A DNA stretch of 64,000 nt. Origin: Octopus sinensis (lineage: Eukaryota). A program made the position numbers and the translations under genes. Shown in pieces: positions 26,353-38,765 of the stretch. Positions within the stretch are counted from its first letter, which is position 1; each line of letters starts with the position of its first letter. The stretch is from contig NC_043009.1 in NCBI RefSeq assembly GCF_006345805.1, positions 35,712,001 to 35,776,000 of the forward strand, given 5' to 3'. The notes beneath the pieces are model-generated. The model did not search any database and was not told the DNA's origin. It saw nothing but the letters and a program-made list of their open reading frames with translations.

Positions 26353-28079
26353 GTATGTGTATGTATGTATATATTTATTTATATATATATATATAAGGAT
26401 ACTATGTAAACACATATATCCACACTAAATCTTTCGTTTAGAGAAAATTCCAATGAATACATTGACATAAGGTTGGTTAACTACATGTGACGTATTTGAT
26501 GGAATATTAACTTTATATAACCAAATAATATAACTAAGGACATCAGTCGAAAAAACCCGTTGAACAGAGATTGATATGATGTAGCATATGATTTATATGA
26601 TTCATATAAGGTAAAATGAAATGCAATAAGAATAATCGATATGGAGGACATACATCTAGTTTTTTGTTTTAGTTAAGGTGATTTTTCATGGAGTAAATTA
26701 TGTTCTTCCATTATATGTTATTTCCATTTAGGGTGTGATTTAATAGGGATTGGACTCTTCTTTCTAACCTGTCAGTCTAACCTGTTCAAAACTAGCTTTT
26801 ATGTGCACCAACTTTCAAGATGACTGGGTGGGGTCTTCAGGAGATGTAATTGCTTTTTGTATCTGATGAACAGCTCGAAACTGCTTATTATGCTCAATTC
26901 GCAATATAACAGTGTGGGATTTTCAAAAGATTCCACTTCTCTTTCTAGCTGGTCAAGTCAACAGTTCGAAACTACCAGCTTGTGTCCATCAGAAATGGAA
27001 TTTGCAGAAGGTTTAATTGTCACATTTAACAGTGTGCATCACCGTGTGATGGCTTCCTCCTTGGTTTTTATTTACCAGATATTGTTTCCAGTTATATCTT
27101 ATTTTCTAAATTCTCTTTGTTTTCTAACCTCAAATTAGTCCTGATCGCTCATAACCATATTTAAAGATGTTCCATCCGTGAGTGGGTATTTTCCTCATAA
27201 ATTGATGTCTACTTCATGTAATGACTTTTTATAGTTTTGATTAAATTTTATATATTAATTACAGCAGGTCAACAGGCGGAGTTGATGATCTCTTGTTGTT
27301 TCGTATTATTAAGCCACAAATTGTTGTTTTTGGATGATGCGCACCTTTATTGAGCAGACTTATTATCATTGAGCAGTAATGCCATGGTCACCTAATCCGT
27401 TTTTGAATAACACTGTGCTCCAGACATCACTGTTCAATATCAAAGCAGAAATCGTTTTTCAATCATTATCTTTTCGAAGCTTTTAGCCTGTGATCTGAGA
27501 GAGATTGAGCTGCTATTTCTTGAAGGCTGAATTAACAAGAAGAGATTTGCTCATGGGCTTTCTCGACCGATTTCACGTCAAGAAATGTATAGTTTAATTT
27601 GTTTTGCACCAGATTTTGTGTAATTACTTTGGCAACTAAGTGAGCGGACTTATGATCTAGTTACTAGTCACGTATCAAAGTCCCTTTAAACAATAATCTC
27701 ACTCCTTTCCTTACTCGTGTCGTTGGCACCCGGTTCAAGACTTTCCAAAAAATTTCGACTCACAACGGTTTAAAGCAGAACATTGAGTTGTTACCCTTTC
27801 TAACTCGCTGAACTCAAAGATACCGGTAATAGTCATAGGGTACTAACCACTCTTCCAAATGTAGTTAATTTTAAAAAGCTACACAATAATTCAGGACGTA
27901 CCATATTTAACGTCACAAATTGAAATGGCGGTGATAATGTCTTCATTGGTTACATTGTTATTGCAAATATAAACAGGCATCTTCAAACACCAACAACACT
28001 TCCCAGGTCAATATGAGACTATAAAGGTTTAGAAACTGCAGTAATGAGGTTAAGACTCTACTGGTTCATGAACAGTAGA

Positions 28080-28817
28080 GTCTTGGATTTCTAAGATATA
28101 GCACCACCAGATCATCACAGATCCTCCTGGAAGAAAGCAGTGTGGGTCAAATGCTTCGTTTGGTTGTTTCCACACGGATACTCGGCCGGTGGTCGGAAAA
28201 AGTTAAAGGATGACTCGTCCAAGAAAATATCATTCTTCCACTTATCTAAGGACCAATTCTATAGGTTTTTACTCCCTCTAAACGCTTTGCAACGTTTGTT
28301 TTTGAAAGTAGTGGTTTTCTGATTGCAGCCCTCCCGAGAAATCCGGCTTTGTGCAGCTCCAGGCGAACAGATTTTGTGTGAACTGGGTTCTCGAGGTGGT
28401 CATTAAGCTCTGCAGTAATTTTTGAGAGCTGCACTTTTGTGATCCTTTCTAACAGTTCTCGTTAGAGTTCAATGGTCCCTATCTGAAAGTTTTGGTTTCC
28501 TTCCGGAGTTTTGTTCCGAAGGTTTTTCCCTCTTTCTCACAGTCTGTCATTACTTTCGGTTGTTTTCGTTGCGCTAGTGCCTGCCATACAAGCACCTACG
28601 CTTTGATCTCTTTGATTGTCCGATAGATCTGTCATTTTAATGAATTTTAATTACGTTTTTCTCGTGATATATGAAAAGAAATAGCAATTTTAGCAAAACA
28701 TATTAAGCAACACTAATGATAAATAAAAAGCATAAAAATAAACAAGCTTTTGACCGTTTTATAGATATTTCAAAATTATGATGCTATGATGCTAGGTGTT
28801 TACATTATTTTGTCCAA
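28080..28817 (-). mobile_element. Tc1-family transposon, 5' half, pseudogenised
   Basis: KITAELNDHLENPVHTKSVRLELHKAGFLGRAAIRKPLLSKTNVAKRL, then WKNDIFLDESSF...GRVSVWKQPNEAFDPHC and a GGSVMIW motif. A second copy lies at 53940-54481. Confidence 0.9.
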
Positions 28818-29084
28818 GACAGGCAGAAACAAGGAAAATACTCCTTATATTTGAATACTATGCAAATATTCTTTTAAAAACTTTTCATTTAATTTTTCCC
28901 AAATTTAATTGTTTCCCATACTGTTGAAACAGTCTCAATGATTGAAACCGGTACTGAAATGTTTTTTATAAAATTATTTTAGCATTTTCTATCTTGACTT
29001 TTTTCCATATATATATATATTATATATATATATATATATATGTAGGTCCCGGGTTGATTCGGGGTTAACCACTCCTTCTATATA

Positions 29085-29136
<52 letters not shown>

Positions 29137-29841
29137 AAGGGCTCCCAAATAAGGAAGCCTAGTGCTAGAGACACAAATATTCTATATGAATAATATTTTG
29201 TCTAATGACTAATTCGTCTTTTGTGCTAGGCCACTGGTAATAATAATCTATGTTATTACCCTTTTTGATTATGTTCATATATATATATATATATATATGA
29301 ATGTAGGAAATAAAGTACATCTTACAAAATGAGAATTTTTTTCATTATATTTCATTAAATTATCGAGATTATTTTTTATTAAATCTGTCAAAATGCAATC
29401 AGTTAACTAATAGTGAATGTCATCATCAATAATTTCATTATTGATTCATCTTCGATTCTAATTGAGCGGATATTGAAAGCAGATCTTTCAGCACAACCTA
29501 TTAAATGTCTGTATTTATTTAGACGCTGTTCTTTGGATTTTGCATTTTGTTTTTACCATTTCGTGTAACAAGTATCTAAAATCCTTTTGAGAATAAAGCA
29601 GCACGACATGTGATTAACAGTTTCTGTATCATAGCTTCAGGAGTTAGAAAAAAATGAGTTTTGTTATTCCCAACGAAATAAATAACTTTAAAAAACTACT
29701 AGAATTTAAGTGAAATAGTGACGGTCCATCTCTGCAAAATAAAACAAAAATGCACTGCTTGAAACATTATCTGCCTTCAGAACAAAGTTATTTTAACAAT
29801 CAGAATTTTTTTAAGTGAACTTATCAATTTTTGTAAATCAC

Positions 29842-29983
29842 CTTCAGTGTTATAGCATTCACTGCTAAAGATGAACAATTAAATTCATACATCACAGTTC
29901 TGCTTTTGGTCTTCCAGTGTGCAGGTGTTTGTAGTGTAACAATGTGTGTGCGGATCAGTCTATATCTGCGATAAGCTTGACTT
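29842..29983 (-). other. Candidate exon followed by a 110-nt intron (29732-29841) and a further exon starting at 29731
   Basis: Acceptor TTTCTTTTATTCAAGCAG, donor AAG|GTGATT, and a strong downstream acceptor TTTTTGTTTTATTTTGCAG. One frame is open ([11 protein letters not shown]...ITLK|RWTVTISLKF*) but no homology was recognised. Confidence 0.3.
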
Positions 29984-30095
29984 CTGCTTGAATAAAAGAA
30001 TAGAAATGAATGTCTATTAGAGAACATGGAGTTTCACTGAAAAGAAATGTGCATGTACGTATGTATGTATGCATGTATATATGTATGTATATATG

Positions 30096-30129
<34 letters not shown>

Positions 30130-30155
30130 TGTATGTATGTATGTATATATGTATG

Positions 30156-30217
<62 letters not shown>

Positions 30218-31468
30218 ATGTAAGCAGAGTTAGCGGTTGGAATAATCTTCCAAGGGATAAGGATATCCATTCTTACTTCCGGTATCATTTACCTATGCTA
30301 TCCCTGGGCAAGCACACTATGCTCATAGGGTACAGGTAAAAAACTAAATAAACAAAGGTTTGTTGGGAATCATATTTAAATAAGCAGAAAATGGAGAACA
30401 CTTTTTAACAAACAAATTGACCCACATAGGTTAATTATTTTTTTTATACAAATATAACATAACATAACATTTCTTACGGCCGTATCGGCTACCATTGTCA
30501 ATTGATGTTTACAAAGAAAATTCCGAAAATTATATTCGCCATCTTTATTGCACGTTCGATCAAGTACATGGAGCTTCATCAGAGTGTATACAAATACATG
30601 AAATAAAATAAAGGGAAGAGGTAAAAGGAAAGAACAGGGCTTCGAGATGGAGTCAGAAGGCTCAATGTATTAGAATCATACCATTTTGCAGTGTGAAGCT
30701 TGAAGTCGGTAGGCAAAAGAGTGAACTATGAAATGAGCTGGAGAAATAATTGATTAGTTATTCCCCTATGTAGGGGTACCAGGTTGTATACGTATTATAG
30801 GATAAAACTAATGCAAAAGAAAGACAGGAATCCCCAATATGTCTGGAAAACGAATATTACTTATGATTCCGTAAATAAGGCTAATTAATATTTATCCAAA
30901 ATCAAACCCGTAGAGTTTCTATAATGGTGTAATTAATGAAATATTCTAGAAACCAAACACCTGTTGCCCGTAATGGAATTGATCAAATTCCTGTCATCTC
31001 TATAATTGGTCAGTTATATTTAAACCAAGGGCAAGTTAAGACCGTTACAGGAGTAGACGTAAATAAAGAAGAAAAAGACGAAGAGAAAGATGAAGCTATA
31101 AATAAAAAGTTGTGGGAGAGAAGACTATGTCATAAGTAGTAAGAGGCCGCTTATACCTTTCTGTACCATCTCAACATAACATAATATGTATATAAAAATA
31201 AAACATAACAATAAGACACGTACTAGCAACCAATACGGCTACCAACTTTTTTTTTATAGTAAGGGGAGAATACTAATAGAGAGGTGAATGCTAGTGGGAA
31301 TTACCTTCGAAATATAATGCAAAATCTGCCATCTAATATATTACCAAGTTGTGGTCATTCTTGACGAACAAGTGAATGTCTACACGTTCTTGAGTGTAGT
31401 CTGCCTCTTAGACATACGAAAGGGCAAAGATACAAAAAACCCAAACAATTAACCAATTACAAGTTAGA

Positions 31469-32500
31469 TCACTTGATAATTACTAACCTGGTCATAAACT
31501 CCAGGGGGTGGGTGGAATTGTTTTCTGGTGGGATGGCACTAGGTCTATTAAGATTAATAGGGTTTTTATGGTTTAGAATATACGCTTTACGAAAATCGGG
31601 GTGGTTATAGGGTTTACTACTTTTATTCTTACTATTCCTGCCGTCGTTGTTATTGTTACTTCTATTCAAATAGAAAGTGTCCAGTTTTTTTTATTATTAT
31701 TCAGGGAGGAAATGATGCTGGCTAAGTTATGCGTGAGACTATAACCTGTCTTTATTTCTCTACTATTAATAAGTTTCGAATACCTGCTACTTTTATCAAA
31801 GTGTTTCTTCATAATGTTAAAAATTTGCTTAGCTAAATCGGTCTTTATTTGCATCGTATATGGGAATATGGGGCAGTTAAAGTCTCTCGATTTACCAGTA
31901 ATCTTGCCGAACGACACATATTTATAGCTGTTAGAGTGTTGCGTGTGGTGTCTATGTTTATTATCATTGGTTCTATTATTTAGGCTCTGCGCATTCATAC
32001 TGTCATTAGTGGTGCTAGGGTTCTGTTTCCGCAGGTAATATTTTGAGTTGTTTCTGTGATCTTCGTGATTATTGGGTTTAGTGGCATCATTCATCCCTCG
32101 TCTAATTCCCCTTGCTATTCCACCTGTTATATTTCTGTTATTATTCCAGTTCATCTTTGAGTGCCTTATCGTACTTATATTCATGACTGTTAGATAAGTC
32201 CTCATCAGAAGAGAGATAGGAAATTCTTTTATTAATGCCCTTTATTAGAGCTATTTTCATAGATTTTGGATGGTTATTTTGGTAGTTTATGTACTTTAAG
32301 TTAGAGTTAGGTTTCATGTAAGGTTGGTGTAAACCCGTATTTAAATTGCAATTAACATCTAGGTAATTGATAGGGTAGTTTTCATTTTCTATAGTGATAG
32401 ACAATCCGAATCTTTTGAAGAATTTATACAGACATTTCTTATGTTGTTCTAGGCGTCTATTAAATGTATAATTACTGCCAAAGTCGGTCCTACCCTATAT
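31469..32500 (-). pseudogene. Penelope-like element (Neptune-like) RT thumb and linker remnant
   Basis: INYLDVNCNLNTGLHQPYMKPNSNLKYINYQNNHPKS...GINKRISYLSSDE and PYTMQIKTDLAKQIFNIMKKHF...KLINSREIKTGYS match PLE RT C-terminal motifs. Frameshifted, with Asn-rich inserts. Confidence 0.85.
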
Positions 32501-33062
32501 TAATATAAATTTGTTTGAAATTTTATTTCTATTATTTTGTCCAATCCCTGTACATACCGATAAAGTTTTGCTTATAGATACCAATATATACACGCATTTC
32601 CCGCGTATACATTACATCTAATCGTCCACCTCGGCCATGTTGTTAATATAGCCCCGCAGCATGATATAATGATTAAAGACTCAAAATTATTTATGCTTAT
32701 AAGTTGAGGAAATAACCATTAAAATGATTATATCAGTGGCTAGTGTATAAAAAAACGACCATATCGGTAAAATTAATTATTAAGTACATAATTATAAAAA
32801 CATAATTATAATTACGTGGGCTGGAATGTCAGCGCCTATACGCTAGAAGTAGTCGACAATACCTACAATCTACTCTAAATTTGTTCTCTATTTATAACCT
32901 AAAACCGAATGTGAGGTAATGAGCAAGAAGATTTACAAATTTCGGATAATCCTATATCTTAAGATTTCGTGCGCTGTAATAAAGATTAGTTTGCACTCCT
33001 CACTGGAGATAAACCGCCAATATACAAACAACAAGAATGGAAAATTCTTCGATGTTTCGAGA

Positions 33063-33515
33063 GCAATGTAGGTGTTTATAACACCCTCAGTCATATTTAA
33101 TGACGGTGATAGTTCTCCTTGCTGGTACACATTTGTTTACTGCTACCTAAGTAAATAATTTGTATACAAATTAGCTATTCGCTAAATCACCCATGGCGTA
33201 GACATATATACAATACAGAGAGTGATCATTGTCCGGAATCAGCCGAGTCGGGTCGATTCCACTGAAGAGGCTACGGCGAAAGCCGAAATTAATCGATCAG
33301 TCTGGGAATGTACAGATTGCTGCTTTTGGAGCTATTACGGTCATTGTCAGCATATATGTATCCAATTATGTGCTTCGACTGCGGCAATAGAGCGTTTTGC
33401 TCTTATATTTCTAGCAATGCAGGTGTTTATAACACCCTCATCATATGCAATGATGGTTATAGTTCTCCCTGTTGATACACATTTGCTTATTGCTGCCTAA
33501 ATAAATTATATATAT
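33063..33515 (+). repeat. Diverged ~105-bp direct repeats (33063-33165 and 33414-33515) bracketing a hammerhead, consistent with a tandem pseudo-LTR or retrozyme-like unit of ~350 bp
   Basis: GCAATGTAGGTGTTTATAACACCCTCA...GCTACCTAA is repeated as GCAATGCAGGTGTTTATAACACCCTCA...GCTGCCTAA. Confidence 0.75.
33256..33309 (+). ncRNA. Type I hammerhead ribozyme motif
   Basis: TTCCA-CTGAAGA-GGCT acggcgaa AGCC-GAAA-TTAATCGATCAG-TC-TGGGA. The core is canonical, the cleavage triplet is GUC, and stem III is near-palindromic. Confidence 0.8.
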
Positions 33516-33825
33516 AATTTACCAATGTGTGCTTGCGTAAGAATATATGTATCTACGTTATTATTGCTGTTTGTTGCCTGATACAAAGTAGTTCCATCCG
33601 TGACTACTACGTTTTAATTTTCAAATATAGTGCGGGAATTCTCCGCGATACCGAAATGTTCTATCCCTGGGATTTATTCATAGATGTCCCAGCTTGTCAA
33701 TCGCGCCTGTATTTATATCCAATGTTCTTCCTTTAATAGCACATTAGGTTCATATCTGAGGCAGATTTTGCTGCTATTTCCAGCAAACTGAACGGCTGCT
33801 ATCAACTCTGATACCAGAATTGTTC

Positions 33826-33827
<2 letters not shown>

Positions 33828-33869
<42 letters not shown>

Positions 33870-33965
33870 GGTGGTGGTGGTAGTAGTAGTAGTAGTAATA
33901 GTAGTAGAAGTAGTAGTAGTAGTAGTAGTGGTGGTGGTGGTGGTGGTGGTGTGGTGGTGGTGGTG

Positions 33966-34020
<55 letters not shown>

Positions 34021-34260
34021 GAATGGTTGTTATGACGGGGAACGATGGTTGTGATGGTAGTGATAGTGATGGGAGTGGCGGTGATAATGTTGGGGTGGCG
34101 GTGATAATAGTGGTGGTGATGGTTTTGATTGTGGTAACGGTGATAGTGATAGTGGTGGTGGTGATGGTGGTGGTGATAGTGGTAGAAATAACAGTGACAG
34201 TGTGGTTATTGCGGTGATGGTAGCAGTGGTTCTGTTGGTTAAGTGATGAGTAACAGCAAA
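33828..34260. repeat. (GTA)n/(GTG)n compound trinucleotide array decaying into cryptic simple sequence
   Basis: Direct reading. Confidence 0.95.
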
Positions 34261-34932
34261 GAAGATTCTCATGGGTTTTAGTGGTGGTATTGAAGTCTCT
34301 CCTTAATATTAATAATTTTCTTTATAACTCTTATCACTCTTCTTGCTGCAGCTACTACTACTACTACTACTACTACTATAACCGGTACGGCTAATGTTGA
34401 GTATGTTCTTGCTACTGTTGCTGTTGCTCCAATTTTTCAAAAGATGTTTCCCAAGACAGAAGGATTAGAAGTGCCCTTGAGCTTGCCAACAGAAGTTCAA
34501 AGATTTCCAGATAATTCCATCAACATCTCATCTTTACTGGCATTTTTCAGCAGAATATCACTGGAGGTCTAAACATTAACAACAACTGCAACAATAGCAA
34601 CACTAGCAACAACTTCATCCAAACTAACAATAATTGCAGAAAAACGACAAAGAGGACGACAGCATTAACTGTAATAGCAACAAAAGAAACAAGAACAAGC
34701 AGTGTAACAACAATATCAACAACAGAAGAAAAAGTATTAAGTGTAGCTGTCAATAGTTTTTATTGTCAGAATCATAATAAAAATGGAGCAGGGGAGAGTG
34801 TCAGGAACGGAAATACCACAAGTCGAAATGGAATATGACAAGAGCAAGGATAAAAGTTACATACTTTAAGGAAAAGAGGCCTAGGATATACACTGAGCTA
34901 ACCAAAGATGTTTTACATAAATATGTACCGAC

Positions 34933-34974
<42 letters not shown>

Positions 34975-34975
<1 letters not shown>

Positions 34976-35412
34976 CAAAATAAGCAACAAGGATATCCAG
35001 AGGTAATGCAGTACGATCGTTTCATGCGGCTCCATTTAATTGAGCAACGCAAACATTACATCAATTTAAAATGTAGAGCAATCTTCCAGTAATTCCTGAC
35101 CCTTCCCAGTAATTAAAACTAAATAATAGAAATAATCACTGAAAATCAGTGTCTTTTTTTTAAAAAAATTTCAGTTACAACTGTGACGTTGTTGGTAAAA
35201 CATGTTCTTTGTCTATGTCCTTATCCTCTTGGAGATTTTGGATAAACTTATACTAATGTGTCCTTCAAATTTAATTAAAAACTATGTTTTTGTGCAGCTG
35301 AAGATTGTTCTACATTTTAAATTGATGTAATGTTTGCATTGTTCAATTAAATGGAGTCGCATGAAACGATCGTACTGTATTACCTCTGGATACCCTTATT
35401 GTTTATTTTGAT
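34975..35412 (+). mobile_element. Family H1 element with an inverted partial copy at its 5' end, inserted in (AT)n
   Basis: 34975-35089 is the reverse complement of ~35298-35412. (AT)n lies on both flanks. Confidence 0.88.
35292..35380 (+). ncRNA. Type I hammerhead ribozyme motif, family H1
   Basis: GTGCAG-CTGAAGA(35298-35304)-[long stem II]-GAAA(35363-66)-CGATCG-TA-CTGTAT. Confidence 0.82.
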
Positions 35413-36083
35413 ATATATATATATATTATATATATATATATATATATAATATATATATATATATATGGTATGTGTGCTCGTGTGTGTGTGTGCACGCGCG
35501 AGCGAGTATGTGTATGTGTGTATGTGTGTGCATGTTCAAATGTATAAATCTTTTCTAGCTTGCAGCTGAATCCGTCTCTCTCGTGTGTGTGTGTCTTTGA
35601 AAATAATACTACAGAGTGCTGCGTGACACGGTCCCTGAACTCAGTAAAATAAAAACCATATTTCCTAGCTTAACCTGAACAAGAATACTTCGTTTCATTA
35701 GCTCTCTATTTGCTCTTATGCTTTTCTTCATAAAACACCTCTCTTTACCAAATTCTCCACCTTCCTCCCTCTCTCTCTCTTACACGCACGAAGCACAACA
35801 ACTAATTATTTACCTTTTGTTCACATTGTTTCTTTTTATTTTTTAAAATTTCAAAGACTAATGGTGAAGAAAAAATTCATGTTGCCGAAAGGATGAATCT
35901 GTCAGACACAGCGAACCATTTTCCCGACGACCCAAAAGTTCACAAACATGAAGTGCAATTTCTCATATGATGTAGACCACCATCAGCTTCTTTGTAGTCT
36001 TATTTTTCACGTATGCATACGAGTATGATGTGTTTGTGTTTATTGTGTGTCTGTATGTCCGCGTATGTATATCTAAATACACA

Positions 36084-36195
<112 letters not shown>

Positions 36196-36204
36196 CATAT
36201 ATAT

Positions 36205-36385
36205 CTTCTATCTTTTAAATATTTCAGTCAATTTAACTGCGGCAATGCTGGAGCACCGCCTTGAATGATTTTAGTCGAAACAATCGACCCTAGAACCTAG
36301 TCTATAGCACTCTTTTGCTGAACCGGTAGATTATGAGTATATAACCATACCAACGCCGGTTGTCAAGCAGACAAATACAGACATA
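36205..36385 (-). mobile_element. SINE family B 3' half
   Basis: CTGCGGCAATGCTGGAGCACCGCCTT...GGTTGTCAAGC. Confidence 0.8.
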
Positions 36386-36904
36386 AAGACACATACATAT
36401 ATGTAAATACACACACATATATATATGTGTATATATATAGACAGAACGTTCACATTCTCTTTCGAAAGGACGTCATGTGTTCTAGTTCTGTGAATTGTTT
36501 CCTTGCCATGACTTCACTGATGAACTACGGACGATCACATAAGTGACCGTTTATAGCGAGACCTGAGGTATGGAGTTTATTGCCAAATTTTGTATCTTTT
36601 CATTTGTCGTGCTCGCTTACATTCTGGCGTTTGCTGAAATTTCTTGAAAACACATTCTTTGTGGTAAGACGATCTGCTGTCTTCTTCTAGCATATTAGAA
36701 ATCCACCTTGGTGGTTATTCCCCTTATATATGTAATATAATTCATAGTCTTCAGATTTTTTTCAAGTATGCTAGGCCAATGGTTTAAATTGATATTGATT
36801 TATTACATTAATTTCTACCCTCATTATTTAACTTATATATATATATATACGGCCGTCTTTCAGTTTCCGCCCGGCAAATCTATTCACAAAGCTTATATAT
36901 ATAG

Positions 36905-38130
36905 GTGAAAAATTCGGAGTAAGATTCCATGTGGTGGTAAATATAAAATACAGTTTAAGCTGAAAAAGCACAGAAATCTTGTTTGTGTAGATAAAGATTA
37001 TTTATTTCATTACAATATGTACAGATTCGACCGGTTTCGCTTCGCTAATCATCACTTACTGTTAGGAAGTCGTACTAAGTTTTTTATTTAATCTCGCGTA
37101 GAAGCAGGTATGAAACAGTTTTGCGTTGGTACGGGAGTGGATGATAACCAATGAATATACTTTTTAGCTAACGGGATAATCTGTGTATATTTCTTAGCTA
37201 AGGGCAGATAATTTTTCCCCTTTTTCTGACTGGTTTTTAGTTCTTAACCCCATTATATATTAATGTTAAGTTCTGGTTTGTATTTTTCAATAAATGTGGC
37301 CTCTTTATTTAGTAGTTGTCGAGTTGAGGTCCTTTCCATTTATTGGTTTAGCGGGAATATTGTGAATTGTATTCGGCGTACCTTAGCACATTTGTGCTAT
37401 TTGACAGTACTGGGGTGGAAGATCTTTTGTCTTTGTAATGTAGATCTACATCTGAGCGACATTCCTGTTGAGCATATATATTTCCTTCTGCAACTGGAAT
37501 ATATTATGACGTAGATGAGATTTTCAGAGGCTCAAGTGGAATCAGTTTTACTTTCAAATTTCCCTTGTTTCAAATGGAATTTTGAGTCATCTATAATGTT
37601 GGGACATGTTCTACAGTTCGGTTGCCCACATTTTGTAACTCTCGCTTCCGGTATTTTGGGGTATTGTTTTGCATTTGTGAGTATCCACTTTAGTGGTTTT
37701 GGTTGTTTGTTGTTTTTAATAATTTTATGGGTGCGTAGAATTTAATACAACTTGGGGTCCTTATGTACTATTGGAAGGTTTTGAATATTAATGTTATATG
37801 CTTCGTTGCTTCTGGGGTTGCATGTGGAAATATAAGGTAATATTTTTAGAGTGGGTGTACTGCTTTGTTTGACCCCTCTTAGTGTTTGTATATAAATTCT
37901 TTTTGCATGTTTTATCCAATCATATATAAGCGAAGTTGGGTAGTGCCTGTTGACGATTATGTTTTTCAGTTCTTGCAGTCTCTGGTGTATTCTTTTAGAC
38001 ACTATAGTGTAGCTTATTCTATCTAGATTGAATGGGATATTTATTTCAATATGCCTCGGATGGTATGAGCTAAATAATGAGTATTTGTTTCGAGCCTGAA
38101 GTTTTGTAAAATATGTCGGTTTCTATTTTT
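36905..38130 (-). pseudogene. Penelope/Poseidon-like element: RT thumb, GIY-YIG endonuclease remnant and pseudo-LTR
   Basis: Minus-strand pieces IETDIFYK, YHPRHIEINIPFNL, QRLQELK...LPYISTCNPR, a Cys motif CGQPNCRTCP, and a C-terminus KEATFIEKYKPELN. The remnant GAAACCGGTC at ~37029-37038 (-) is hammerhead-like. Confidence 0.85.
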
Positions 38131-38539
38131 TATTTACTTTTTCATTAGGAGGTATATATGCATGCATGCGTACATACATACATACATACATACATACATG
38201 CATGCATACAAACATACATACATACGTATATACATACATACATCAGCATGTATATATATATACATATAATATACACATAAACACATATATGTTGGGAGGC
38301 TGGCCTGTGCTTGTGTGCCCGGTGGGAAAGAAAGTCGTCCAAACAAGGAAAAGGTGACTGATGAAATACATATTATAGTGTTTTTCTTATTCATTACAAG
38401 ATATGACAGTTTGCTTTTGAGATTTTCATGGTCCTGAAATTCGGAAACAACGAAAACTGTGAAAAGTACGATAGTATATTCCATTTAAAAGACCATGCAA
38501 AAATGTTTCTCATTACTTTCTTTTTCGTTTTAATGTACT

Positions 38540-38765
38540 GCCGGTATAAGCTGATGAGTTGACAGAACTTGTTAGCGCGCCGGTCAAAATGCTTAGAGTC
38601 ATTTCGTCCGTTTCTACATTGTGGATTCAAATTCCGCTGAGATTGACTGTGCCACTCATTCTTTCGAGGTCGATAAAATAATTACCATTCGGGCTCTGGG
38701 GTCGACCTAATCGAATATCCCTCGAGCCCAGTCTTGCAGTCCTTTTTCTTATAATAGAAAGGACT
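38540..38765 (+). mobile_element. SINE family A copy
   Basis: TTAGCGCGCCGGTCAAAATGCTTAG, GATTCAAATTCCGC and CTTTCGAGGTCGATAAAATAATTACC. Confidence 0.8.

Noticed and set aside
28915-28960. CTGTTGA...GAAACCGGTA hammerhead-like motif
   Set aside because: Palindromic stem III is present but there is no stem I pairing.
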